In this document: positions 44,614 through 53,438 of the stretch, one piece after another
How positions within the stretch are numbered: position 1 is the first letter of the stretch
Layout of the letters: every line of letters starts with the position of its first letter
Origin: Acidimicrobiaceae bacterium UBA2093
GTDB lineage: Bacteria > Actinomycetota > Acidimicrobiia > Acidimicrobiales > Ilumatobacteraceae
NCBI GenBank assembly: GCA_002331255.1
Contig: DCZD01000002.1
Span: 101,077-165,076 of the forward strand
Direction of reading: 5' to 3'
DNA length: 64,000 bases
Made by a program: the position numbers and the translations under genes
Notes under the pieces: model-generated
Told to the model about the DNA's origin: nothing
What the model saw: only the letters and a program-made list of their open reading frames with translations
Database searches by the model: none

Positions 44614-44636
44614 CTAACACAGGGTACTTTCGATGT

Positions 44637-45536
44637 ATGACGTCAGGGATAATGCGATTCGATGACCGCGTGGCAATCGTGACCGGTGCCGGACGTGGTC
44701 TAGGTCGGGAACACGCTTTACTCTTGGCAGCGCGCGGTGCGACCGTCGCAGTCAATGACTCATCGGAAAAATACGCGCACGAGACCGTCGCTGACATTCG
44801 TGAACGCGGTGGCCGTGCGATGGCTGTGGTGTTCGACGTCGCCGACCCAGGCGAATGTGAAGCGATGGTGGCACTTACCTTGCGCGAATTTGGCGGACTT
44901 CACATCGTATTGAACAACGCTGGTCGCGGTGGCCCGACTGGACTCGTCGAGGACACAACTCATGAGCAGATGCGGATGATCATGTCAACGCATGCCGAAG
45001 GAACATTCAATGTATGCAAGGCAGCATGGAAGCATATGAAGCGTCAGAATTTCGGACGCATCTTGGTTACATCTTCGGGAAGTGGCCTAGGAGTGAAGTT
45101 CAGCATCGCCTATTCAATGGCGAAGGCCGCTCTTTTTGGGCTCACGCGGTCGCTCGCTCTCGAAGGTGCTGAACATGGCATCAAGGTGAATGCATTGTTA
45201 CCTATTGGCTACACGCGCTCGGCCGCATTGAACCCAAACGAAGACACTCGCCAGTGGATGGAACAGAACTTCCCACCGTCTGTCGTTGCTCCGACGGCAG
45301 TGTTCTTGGTGCACGACGACGTGCCGTGCTCGGGTGAACTAATCAACACTGGCGCTGGCAGAGTTGCACGCACCGCAACCGTCGGGGCGCCCGGGTACTA
45401 CAAGGGTCTGACTCTCTCGCCAGAAGATGTGCGAGACAATTTTGGTGTCGCGCTCAGCATGGATGGTTCACAAGAGCTGATGCAGAGTCGTGATGACCTG
45501 CAGTTCTATTCCGGTGATGCAACATTTCCGCAGTAA
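44637..45536 (+). CDS. SDR, Hsd4A/MFE-2-type-like
   Basis: Trimmed to ATG 44637 (MTSGIMRFDDRVAIVTGAGRGLGREHALLLAARGATVAVND). Motifs NNAG and YSMAKAA. Only 23 nt separate it from the divergent SDR start. Confidence 0.8.
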   Translation: MTSGIMRFDDRVAIVTGAGRGLGREHALLLAARGATVAVNDSSEKYAHETVADIRERGGRAMAVVFDVADPGECEAMVALTLREFGGLHIVLNNAGRGGPTGLVEDTTHEQMRMIMSTHAEGTFNVCKAAWKHMKRQNFGRILVTSSGSGLGVKFSIAYSMAKAALFGLTRSLALEGAEHGIKVNALLPIGYTRSAALNPNEDTRQWMEQNFPPSVVAPTAVFLVHDDVPCSGELINTGAGRVARTATVGAPGYYKGLTLSPEDVRDNFGVALSMDGSQELMQSRDDLQFYSGDATFPQ

Positions 45537-45598
45537 CGACCTGAAGGGCGGATTTCTCATCTAGGCCGATCGGTGGCGACCAACTAAGGTCGTTTTTC

Positions 45599-46747
45599 AT
45601 GACAGAGGCTTTCATCATCGATGCAGTACGCACACCAGTCGGCCGGCGCGGCGGGGGACTTGCCCAAGTGCACCCTGCAGATCTCGGAGCACACAGCATC
45701 TCCGCGCTGATGTCGCGGACAGGCGTCGATCCGAATGCTGTCGAAGATGTGGTGTTCGGCAACGTCGATTCGATTGGGCCACAAGCTGGTTGTATCGCGC
45801 GCACGTGTTGGTTGGCTGCGGGCCTTCCCGAACACGTGCCAGGCACGACGATTGACCGTCAGTGTGGTTCTGCTCAACAAGCAATTCATTTCGCAGCGCA
45901 AGCTGTGCTGAGTGGCACCATGGACTTGGTGGTCGCCGGTGGCGTGCAGAACATGAGCATGATTCCGATTTCATCTGCGATGACTGCAGGTCAAGCACTC
46001 GGATTCAATGACCCATTCACGGGTTCTCCCGGCTGGACCACGCGATACGGAACCGGAGAGGTCAGCCAGTTCGTTGGTGCAGAGATGATGGTTGAGAGGT
46101 GGAAACTGACACGCGAAGAGATGGAGGAGTTCGCCGTCGAAAGCCACATTCGAGCCATCAAGGCCCGAAATGAAGGTCGCTTCGAGACGCAGATTGCTCC
46201 GATGAATGGTGTGCAACACGACGAGGGTCCACGCGAGCCGAACTGGGACAAGATTCGATCACTTCAGACATTGACTCCCGACGGGAAGCTGACTGCGGCG
46301 TGCGCCAGCCAGATCAGTGATGCGTCTGCTGCACTTCTCATCGCCAACGAGAAAGCAGTGAAAGCACACGGCCTCAAGCCACGTGCACGCATCCACCACA
46401 TCTCGGTTCTGGCGAACGACCCCATCATGATGTTGTCTGCTCCGATTCCTGCGACACGTCGCGCACTTGAGAAGACTGGCTTGTCGATGGACGACATTGA
46501 CCTCGTAGAAATCAACGAGGCCTTTGCTCCTGTCGTCATGGCGTGGATGAAAGAGCTCGGTGCGGACCATTCAAAGGTCAATGTCAACGGTGGTGCAATT
46601 GCGCTTGGTCACCCACTTGGCGCCACTGGTGCTCGCCTGATGACAACTTTGCTGTACGAACTTGAGCGCACCGGCGGCCGTTATGGGCTGCAGACCATGT
46701 GCGAAGGTGGCGGTCAGGCCAACGTCACAATCATCGAGAGGCTCTGA
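45599..46747 (+). CDS. acetyl-CoA C-acyltransferase (degradative thiolase, FadA-type)
   Basis: 382 aa with IDRQCGSAQQA (nucleophile Cys), NGGAIALGHPLGATGARL and MCEGGGQANV. Confidence 0.9.
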   Translation: MTEAFIIDAVRTPVGRRGGGLAQVHPADLGAHSISALMSRTGVDPNAVEDVVFGNVDSIGPQAGCIARTCWLAAGLPEHVPGTTIDRQCGSAQQAIHFAAQAVLSGTMDLVVAGGVQNMSMIPISSAMTAGQALGFNDPFTGSPGWTTRYGTGEVSQFVGAEMMVERWKLTREEMEEFAVESHIRAIKARNEGRFETQIAPMNGVQHDEGPREPNWDKIRSLQTLTPDGKLTAACASQISDASAALLIANEKAVKAHGLKPRARIHHISVLANDPIMMLSAPIPATRRALEKTGLSMDDIDLVEINEAFAPVVMAWMKELGADHSKVNVNGGAIALGHPLGATGARLMTTLLYELERTGGRYGLQTMCEGGGQANVTIIERL

Positions 46748-46778
46748 TTAGCTCGAAATCAATTGACGGGAAGCGTAG

Positions 46779-47165
46779 TCACTGGCTCTGCATGAGTGTG
46801 GTGAGCTGGTCCATATAGGTTCCCATGTCGAAGTAGTCGCGCCACAAGGTGATCTTGCCGCGATGATCGACTTCGAATACTCCGGCGACAGGTAGCTCTA
46901 GCCATCCACCGTTCATCTTGAAACGGTCGAGGCGCTCATTGAACACGACATTGCCGACTTGATGTTGACGAAGTACGCGCCACTCGACTTCACTGGATGC
47001 AGCGAGAAATCCGTTCATCAGGTTGCGCACATCTTCTTTACCCTTCACGGGTTGCACGGGCATGTTCTCGTAGGAGATGTCGTCGGCGAGATGTTCGACT
47101 GCAGCGTCGATGTCAATTCGCTCGACTGCCGCAAAGAAGTCACTCACCACTGCTTCTGCATTCAT
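46779..47165 (-). CDS. limonene-1,2-epoxide hydrolase family protein (NTF2 fold)
   Basis: 128 aa with ISYENMP, FNERLDRF and ITLWRDYFDM. These match the Tyr/Asn and Arg-Asp...Asp catalytic positions of Rhodococcus LEH as I recall them. ATGA overlap with the upstream crotonase. Confidence 0.8.
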   Translation of the reverse strand: MNAEAVVSDFFAAVERIDIDAAVEHLADDISYENMPVQPVKGKEDVRNLMNGFLAASSEVEWRVLRQHQVGNVVFNERLDRFKMNGGWLELPVAGVFEVDHRGKITLWRDYFDMGTYMDQLTTLMQSQ

Positions 47166-47962
47166 TGCTGAGCCTCTCGCGTCGATCGGAATAGTTCAGC
47201 AAATGCAGCCTCTTCGCGTGCCCGGGCATCTTGAGATGCCGAACCGCGAGCATCCATCAGCAGCCTCTTTGTCGTGCGCATAGCCTTTCCGTCATGGGTA
47301 GCGATGCGGATGGCGAGAGTGAGTGTCTCGTCAGTGAGTCGTTCGTTGGAAATCGTCTTTAATGCCAAACCACACGAGACTGCTTCGTCGGCGCTCATCC
47401 AGTCTGATGTGAATAACAGTTGACACGCCTTCTGCCAGCCAACCCGTGACGGAAGCAAGGCACTTGATCCTGCTTCCGGAGGAACTCCCATCTCGGCGAA
47501 CGGAACACGCAGGCGCGCTGACTCTGCAACGAGAACGATGTCGCAGTGCAGCAACATCGTGAGTCCGATACCCGCAGCAGGTCCGTTCACAGCAGCAAGG
47601 AGAGGTTTGTCGAACGCTTCGAGACTCTCGAGTAGGCGGGTGAAACCGTGACCCCCGGCGAACACCAATTCACCGCGCGCCATCGCAGTCATCTCTATAA
47701 GGTCCTGTCCCGCACAGAAGGCGGTGCCCTCGCCGGTGAGAACCACGACGTTTGTGCCGTCGTCTGCTCTGGCGCGGTCGAGCTCATCTGAGATCGCGCA
47801 GTAGAGGGCATGGTTGAAGGCGTTCCTTGCCTCTGGCCGGTCAAATGTGAGAACGGTGACCGCTCCGTGATGGTTCGTTCGAAGCACGGAAGGTACCGTA
47901 GTTGGTAGGGCCGAAGCATCGGTCGGCCGCACCGAAGAACCCCGATTGCGTAAAGGAGCCAC
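47162..47962 (-). CDS. enoyl-CoA hydratase/isomerase (crotonase) family protein
   Basis: LTFDRPEARNAF and AAVNGPAAGIGLTMLLHCD...FAEMGVPPEAGS. The start is uncertain. Track start GTG 47962 lies 1 nt from the divergent start. In-frame GTGs at 47932 and 47887 are alternatives. Confidence 0.82.
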   Translation of the reverse strand: MAPLRNRGSSVRPTDASALPTTVPSVLRTNHHGAVTVLTFDRPEARNAFNHALYCAISDELDRARADDGTNVVVLTGEGTAFCAGQDLIEMTAMARGELVFAGGHGFTRLLESLEAFDKPLLAAVNGPAAGIGLTMLLHCDIVLVAESARLRVPFAEMGVPPEAGSSALLPSRVGWQKACQLLFTSDWMSADEAVSCGLALKTISNERLTDETLTLAIRIATHDGKAMRTTKRLLMDARGSASQDARAREEAAFAELFRSTREAQQ

Positions 47963-47963
47963 C

Positions 47964-49145
47964 GTGGCCTCGCTCGACTTTCAGCCTTTCGACTGCGACA
48001 ACCATTACTACGAGGCGCTTGACGCGTTCACTCGCCACCTGAACCCGATGAACGGTCCGCGATGTGTTCAATGGGCCGAAGTAGACGGTCGCAAGTACCA
48101 CGTCGTTGGTGGCAGATTAAGCCGGGCTGTCGTCAACCCAACCTTCGACCCAATTGCGAAACCGGGAGCGATGTACGACTATTTCCGTGGGAATCCTGAT
48201 GGGCGCCAACCATGGGAATTTCTCACCGAGCGCGAGCGAATCCGGCCGTGCTATCGCGACCGTGACGAGCGCATCACGACACTCGACGAATTCGGACTTT
48301 CAGCCGTCTGGATGTTCCCGACACTTGGAATGCTGTACGAAGAAGTGTTGAAGGAGGATCCGGGTGCGGTCGCACTTACCTTCACTGCATTCAATCGCTG
48401 GGTGCTCGAGGATTGGGGCTTCAATTACAAGGGCCGCATCTTTGCCGCTCCGTACATCTCTCTCGCCGACGTCGAATGGGCGTGTCAGGAGCTCGAATGG
48501 GCACTAGACAACGATGCTCGGACCGTCGTCATGCGCGCGGCAGCGCCCACCACAGAACTCGGACAGTTTTCGCCATTCGATGAACGGTTCGATCCGTTCT
48601 GGGCGAGAGTCAATGAGGCTGGTATCACTGTTGTCATCCATGCCGGGGACAGCGGCTACTCGTCGCAGGGCTACGCAAATGACAAGTTCAGCTCCGCATT
48701 CTCGGGTGGTTTCAAGCCTTCCATTCGCGGTTTTGCCATCGAGCGTGCGGCTTCTGACTTCATCATCACGTCGGTATTCGAGAAATTGTTCGATCGATTT
48801 CCGAACATTCGCATGGCATCTGTCGAGAATGGCAGTGAGTTCCTCGGGGACCTGCAAAGCAAGTTGACAAGCACGCATCACAAGATGCCTGGCTACTTTG
48901 CCGAGCACCCAGTCGAGACCTTGAAGCGTCATTGGTGGATCAATCCATTCTGGGAAGATGATGTCGAGGAAGTTGCGGGGCTCATGGGAACTGATCGAGT
49001 GCTGTTTGGAAGCGACTGGCCACACATTGAAGCTCTTCCGAACCCACTCGATGGGGTGAACGACTACAAACAGTTCGCACCGGCAGATCAGAAGAGGATT
49101 CTTCTCGACAACGTGACGTCATTGAATAGCCGGACACCTGCGTGA
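47964..49145 (+). CDS. PF04909-type amidohydrolase (distant from the other three)
   Basis: Start set to GTG 47964 (AAGGAG 5 nt upstream) rather than the track's 47946. Motifs FDCDNHYYE and GSDWPHIE. Confidence 0.85.
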   Translation: MASLDFQPFDCDNHYYEALDAFTRHLNPMNGPRCVQWAEVDGRKYHVVGGRLSRAVVNPTFDPIAKPGAMYDYFRGNPDGRQPWEFLTERERIRPCYRDRDERITTLDEFGLSAVWMFPTLGMLYEEVLKEDPGAVALTFTAFNRWVLEDWGFNYKGRIFAAPYISLADVEWACQELEWALDNDARTVVMRAAAPTTELGQFSPFDERFDPFWARVNEAGITVVIHAGDSGYSSQGYANDKFSSAFSGGFKPSIRGFAIERAASDFIITSVFEKLFDRFPNIRMASVENGSEFLGDLQSKLTSTHHKMPGYFAEHPVETLKRHWWINPFWEDDVEEVAGLMGTDRVLFGSDWPHIEALPNPLDGVNDYKQFAPADQKRILLDNVTSLNSRTPA

Positions 49146-50053
49146 TCACGGTTCCCGCCGGTCGACGCATCTACGGAATTCAACTTCCGGTTCAATCGCA
49201 GAGCACCTACTACGCCGCAGAGTGGGAGAGGTTGGCTGGTGTCGACGAGATAGCCGCGATGGCCAAGGCATGTGATGAGAACGGTTATGCCTACATCGGG
49301 GTGTGCGACCACGTGGCGTTGCCAGAACCATCAGCAGCCACGATGGGAACCCAGTGGGTGGATCCCATCTCGACACTTGGGTGGCTCGCGGGGGTCACAT
49401 CGCGTGTCGGCTTGCTCACCCACGTCTATGTCTTGCCGTATCGACATCCATTGGTCGCAGCAAAACAGTTCGCCACTCTCGACTACGTGTCAAAGGGCCG
49501 GGCAATCTGTGGACTCGGTGCAGGCCACGTGCAACGTGAGTTTGAAGTTCTGGGTGTCGACTTTCATCGACGAGGAAAAGCGATGGACGATGGGATACCA
49601 CTTCTTGCCCGTGCCCTCGAGAACGAATGGGTCGACGGCCTTGGCGCAAAACCTCGTCCGGTGCAGTCGCCTCGTCCTCCAATCTGGGTTGCAGGGTCAT
49701 CGCCGTCTGCGATAGCTCGGGCGGCCCGCCTTGGTGACGGATGGTTGCCGCAAGGTCCGTCGAACCAGGACATGGTCGATTCACTTCTCGCTCAGCGCAC
49801 AGCAGCCGGCCGCGACGGTGACTTCATGGTGGGCCACATCACGCCGTTCATCTATGTGGGGACGCCTGGATGGGATGTGGGTGAGGGCGTCATCACAGGT
49901 AGTGCCCAGGAAATTTCAGAGAAGTTGCTTGCAGGAACCGCGAAGGGTGTGAACCAGCTACAGGTGCGGTTCAAGAGCAGGTCGTGCGCCGAACAGTGCG
50001 ACCAGTTGGTTGCGTTCGCCCGCGATGTAGCACCATTAGTGACGATCATTTAG
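49142..50053 (+). CDS. LLM-class flavin/F420-dependent oxidoreductase
   Basis: 303 aa with AICGLGAGHVQREFEVLG and PIWVAGSSPSAIARAARLGDGWLPQG. 4-nt overlap with the upstream gene. Confidence 0.85.
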   Translation: MITVPAGRRIYGIQLPVQSQSTYYAAEWERLAGVDEIAAMAKACDENGYAYIGVCDHVALPEPSAATMGTQWVDPISTLGWLAGVTSRVGLLTHVYVLPYRHPLVAAKQFATLDYVSKGRAICGLGAGHVQREFEVLGVDFHRRGKAMDDGIPLLARALENEWVDGLGAKPRPVQSPRPPIWVAGSSPSAIARAARLGDGWLPQGPSNQDMVDSLLAQRTAAGRDGDFMVGHITPFIYVGTPGWDVGEGVITGSAQEISEKLLAGTAKGVNQLQVRFKSRSCAEQCDQLVAFARDVAPLVTII

Positions 50054-50086
50054 CCCGCAACTGCGGTCGAGCAACTTGGGGGAAGC

Positions 50087-51202
50087 GTGCTCAGTCATCT
50101 AGACGAATATCCAATTCACCAATCAGCTGAGCCGATGGCTCATGTAGTCACCAGTGATCGCAACTTCTACGACCGCTATTACTTCAATGGCTTCTCGAAG
50201 AATGGTGACTACATGTTCATCGTGGGCTTAGGTTGCTATGTCAATCTCGGCGTGATGGACGCGTTCATCTTGGTGATGAACAAGGGACAACATCGGGTGG
50301 TGCGGGCATCACGTGCGCTTGATGGTGCTGATCGACTGCATCCAAGCATCGGCCCGATTGCACTCGACGTGGTCGAACCATTGCAGAAAATCCGCGTGAC
50401 GTGTTCGCCGAACGACTTTGGTATCACTATGGACGCCACATGGAACGGCGCCATGCCCGCGATTCTCGAGCCACGACATTTCATTCGCGAACACGGTCGA
50501 GTTACTTTCGACTCGTCACGCTTCGCCCAAACTGGTGGCTGGAGTGGCACTGTCGCGGTCGATGGGCAGACATTTGACCTGACAGATGACGTGTGTTGGG
50601 GCACACGCGACCGCAGTTGGGGGGTGCGACCAGTCGGTGAGAGCGAGCCACCAGGCATCCGTGCGAGTGATCCATTTAGTTGGTTCTGGATCTACACACC
50701 GGTGCGATTCGAAGACCACTCGATTCTGGTGATCATGCAAGAGCGGTCAGATGGATCACGTGTCATGGAGTCAGCCGAGCGTGTGTGGCATGACGGCCGC
50801 CATGAATTACTTGGCGTTCCGTCACACAAGCTGAACTATGTGAAGGGCACCCGGTATCCCGATGGAGGTGTCGTTTCGACGCGAGATCATCGCGGCGGGG
50901 GCATCGATATGACGGTCGAACCTTTGGTGCCTGTGTACGTGGGAATTGGAACGGGCTACGGATACGACGCTGACTGGCGCCATGGCATGTGGCAAGGTCC
51001 ACTCAAGGTCGAGGGTTTTCACCTCGACACCAATACACCAGACGGCAAGGCGCGACTGTTTGGAATTTGCGACGCAGGTGCACGCTTCATCTATGAAGAC
51101 GAGCGAGGAACACACGTCGGTTACGGTCTCTTCGAGACCATGGCAATCGGGCCACATCAGCAATACGGTTTCAAAGACATGCTCGACGGATACGGGAGTT
51201 AA
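50087..51202 (+). CDS. conserved-looking protein of unknown function (no family I can name with confidence)
   Basis: 371 aa. GTG start with GGGGGAAG RBS. Amino-acid composition is balanced. Blocks EYPIHQS, DRNFYDRYYFNG, WGTRDRSWGVRP and FSWFWIYTP. No TM segment, signal peptide or cofactor motif is seen. It lies 2 nt upstream of the next gene. Confidence 0.8.
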   Translation: MLSHLDEYPIHQSAEPMAHVVTSDRNFYDRYYFNGFSKNGDYMFIVGLGCYVNLGVMDAFILVMNKGQHRVVRASRALDGADRLHPSIGPIALDVVEPLQKIRVTCSPNDFGITMDATWNGAMPAILEPRHFIREHGRVTFDSSRFAQTGGWSGTVAVDGQTFDLTDDVCWGTRDRSWGVRPVGESEPPGIRASDPFSWFWIYTPVRFEDHSILVIMQERSDGSRVMESAERVWHDGRHELLGVPSHKLNYVKGTRYPDGGVVSTRDHRGGGIDMTVEPLVPVYVGIGTGYGYDADWRHGMWQGPLKVEGFHLDTNTPDGKARLFGICDAGARFIYEDERGTHVGYGLFETMAIGPHQQYGFKDMLDGYGS

Positions 51203-51204
51203 CA

Positions 51205-52782
51205 ATGGCAGCAAAGCGACACATTCATATGGCGGATTTGTTTGAGATCCTCGCTGACGCAATTCCCGACAGACCAGCACTGTTTACCAATGAGGTCGAG
51301 TACACATTCGCCCAACTCGATGAGCGAGTGACGCGGCTTGCGAATCACCTGCGAACAATGGGTATTAAGCGTGGTGACTGGGTCGCAATCCACTCGATGA
51401 ACCGACATGAGTGGGTTGAAAGCTTCTATGCCTGCGTCAAGTTGGGTGCTGCGCCGGTCAACATCAACTTCCGTTATGTCGAGTCTGAATTGCGCTACGT
51501 CTACGAGAACGCAGATTGTGCGGCGGCGATTGTGTCGTCTGATTATTCCGATGTTGTTCGCAAAATTCAGAAGGAACTTCCGAAGTTGAAGAGCATTCTC
51601 GTGATGGGGGACGAGTACGAGGCTGCTGTGGCCGCAGCGTCATCAGAGCGCGACTTCGGAGAGCGCGACCCTGGCGACCCATACGTGATTTATACCGGTG
51701 GCACGACAGGAATGCCGAAAGGCGTCGTGTGGCGAAACCAAGATGCAGTTCTCGGTGCAATGAACGCCAGTCGCTTCTTTCAGCCTCTTGAATATCCCGA
51801 AAAAGTCGGTGAAGAAGCTTTGGCTGCACCTATGCAGTTACGTCTCATGGCGCTCGGACCGATGATGCACGGTGGTGGGCAGTGGGTGATGGGCAATGCT
51901 TACGTGTCGGGTCAAGCGTTCGTGTTGTACACGCTGCCGCGATTTGACGCTAACGAGGTCTGGAAGCTTGCGTCGAAGGCCAAGGCAAACAGCGTTAGCA
52001 CCATCGGTGATGCGATGGGACGGCCACTTGCCGAAGATCTCCTGAACCCCGACACGCCGAAGTATGACCTATCGAATCTTTTCAGCATCGGCAATGGTGG
52101 GGCACCCTTGACATTGGCAGTGAAGAACCAGATCAGACAGGCCATGCCGAACATCATGATTATGGATAGTTTCGGTGCGTCAGAGACTGGCGCTGCCGCA
52201 GCACGCATGGACCAAGGCGAGCAGTCACGTGATCTGAAGTTTGAAGTCGGAGCCGATTGCACGGTTCTTGATGAAGACGGCAACATCTGCCCTCCGGGTG
52301 TAGTCGGCAAGCTGGCTCGTACCGGCCCAATTCCGTTGCGATATCACAAGGACGAAAAAAAGACAGCAGATACCTTTCCCACGTACAACGGTGTGCGCTA
52401 CGTCATTCCAGGTGACTTCGCGATGATCGAAGGCAATGTCATCACGTTGCTCGGCCGCGGTAGTCAGTGCATCAACTCCGGAGGCGAGAAAATCTTCCCA
52501 GAAGAAGTCGAAGCAGCACTGAAGCAACACCCAGCAATCTTCGATGCGGCCGTTGCCGGCACGCCGAGTGAGCGTTGGGGCCAGCAGGTCACTGCCATGG
52601 TCCAGGTTCGTCCTGGAGCGTCTGTGACAGAGGAAGAAATTCGTGCCCATTGCCGCGAGCACATCGCTGACTACAAGGTGCCTAAGCAGGTGTTCATCGT
52701 CCCAGAGATCAAGCGCACACCCGTGGGCAAAGTGGACTACAAGTGGGCCGTGGCCGAGGCTGCGTCGTTGGTCGGCGCCTAA
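51205..52782 (+). CDS. AMP-forming acyl-CoA synthetase
   Basis: 525 aa with YTGGTTGMPKGV, GASETG and INSGGEKIFPEEVE. Confidence 0.9.
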   Translation: MAAKRHIHMADLFEILADAIPDRPALFTNEVEYTFAQLDERVTRLANHLRTMGIKRGDWVAIHSMNRHEWVESFYACVKLGAAPVNINFRYVESELRYVYENADCAAAIVSSDYSDVVRKIQKELPKLKSILVMGDEYEAAVAAASSERDFGERDPGDPYVIYTGGTTGMPKGVVWRNQDAVLGAMNASRFFQPLEYPEKVGEEALAAPMQLRLMALGPMMHGGGQWVMGNAYVSGQAFVLYTLPRFDANEVWKLASKAKANSVSTIGDAMGRPLAEDLLNPDTPKYDLSNLFSIGNGGAPLTLAVKNQIRQAMPNIMIMDSFGASETGAAAARMDQGEQSRDLKFEVGADCTVLDEDGNICPPGVVGKLARTGPIPLRYHKDEKKTADTFPTYNGVRYVIPGDFAMIEGNVITLLGRGSQCINSGGEKIFPEEVEAALKQHPAIFDAAVAGTPSERWGQQVTAMVQVRPGASVTEEEIRAHCREHIADYKVPKQVFIVPEIKRTPVGKVDYKWAVAEAASLVGA

Positions 52783-53438
52783 CCGCGCATCTTCTTCCAG
52801 GCATCTTCACCAAGGCCTAGTTCGTCCAATCGTCGTTGCACCGGAAGAGGTGGTCCAAGGTCGCCGCCGTTGCGGATGAAGTTGACGGTCTCGCCGTCTT
52901 CCTCCCAGACGTGACACGTGTTGATGTTGAACTTTAGGGCCTTGTCGAATTCCTCTGGCGTGCTCGGCCGTATCTCGCTCGTGTCACCAGTTTCACGCAT
53001 GGCTGCAACACGCATCGACCACGCGCATTGAATTGCAACCGGTGCCATTGCATTGAGCAGCGCCCCAACATGGGTGCAGCCACGCGGTCCTCCGAACAAT
53101 TCCTTCACTTTGTTCGTGAATCCTCGGGCAATGGAGACGCCGACGAGTGATTGGTATGCCGAGATGATGCCGGTGCACTGATCATGCGGGTGCGACTCAA
53201 AGACGACGTCGACACGAGCGATACCCATGGACGGAAACTCGACTTCGAGGTCGACAATCATGTGATGGATTGTCAGGGGTTCAGCATCTTGTTCGAGGTA
53301 GAGGCCACTTGGTTTGTCATCGCGAACTGCACCACGAAGGAGCAATTTGTCGTTCGACATTCGCCATGCACGTACTTCGTACTGTCGATTATGAAGTTCT
53401 AACAATCCGTCCGGATCGGGTGGGAACAGGTCTTTCAC
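52779..53438 (-). CDS. hypothetical protein, probably DUF2889 family
   Basis: 219 aa. GGPRGCTHVGALL is the G-x-x-G-C-T-H block I associate with DUF2889; this assignment is from memory and unverified. ATGA overlap with the upstream ACAD gene. Its stop overlaps the convergent ligase stop (CTAA). Confidence 0.7.
   Translation of the reverse strand: MKDLFPPDPDGLLELHNRQYEVRAWRMSNDKLLLRGAVRDDKPSGLYLEQDAEPLTIHHMIVDLEVEFPSMGIARVDVVFESHPHDQCTGIISAYQSLVGVSIARGFTNKVKELFGGPRGCTHVGALLNAMAPVAIQCAWSMRVAAMRETGDTSEIRPSTPEEFDKALKFNINTCHVWEEDGETVNFIRNGGDLGPPLPVQRRLDELGLGEDAWKKMRG

Noticed and set aside
44637-44646. TGACGTCA (CRE-like 8-bp palindrome) at the start of the SDR gene at 44637.
   Set aside because: It is a single short palindrome overlapping the start codon (ATGACGTCAGGG). 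There is no second copy in the window and no cognate regulator.
52779-52782. Convergent genes whose stop codons overlap (CTAA: TAA on the plus strand, TAG on the minus strand). A similar 4-nt gap is at 32186/32191.
   Set aside because: The overlap is real but is a trivial consequence of tight packing. It only implies that transcription termination must occur inside the partner gene.
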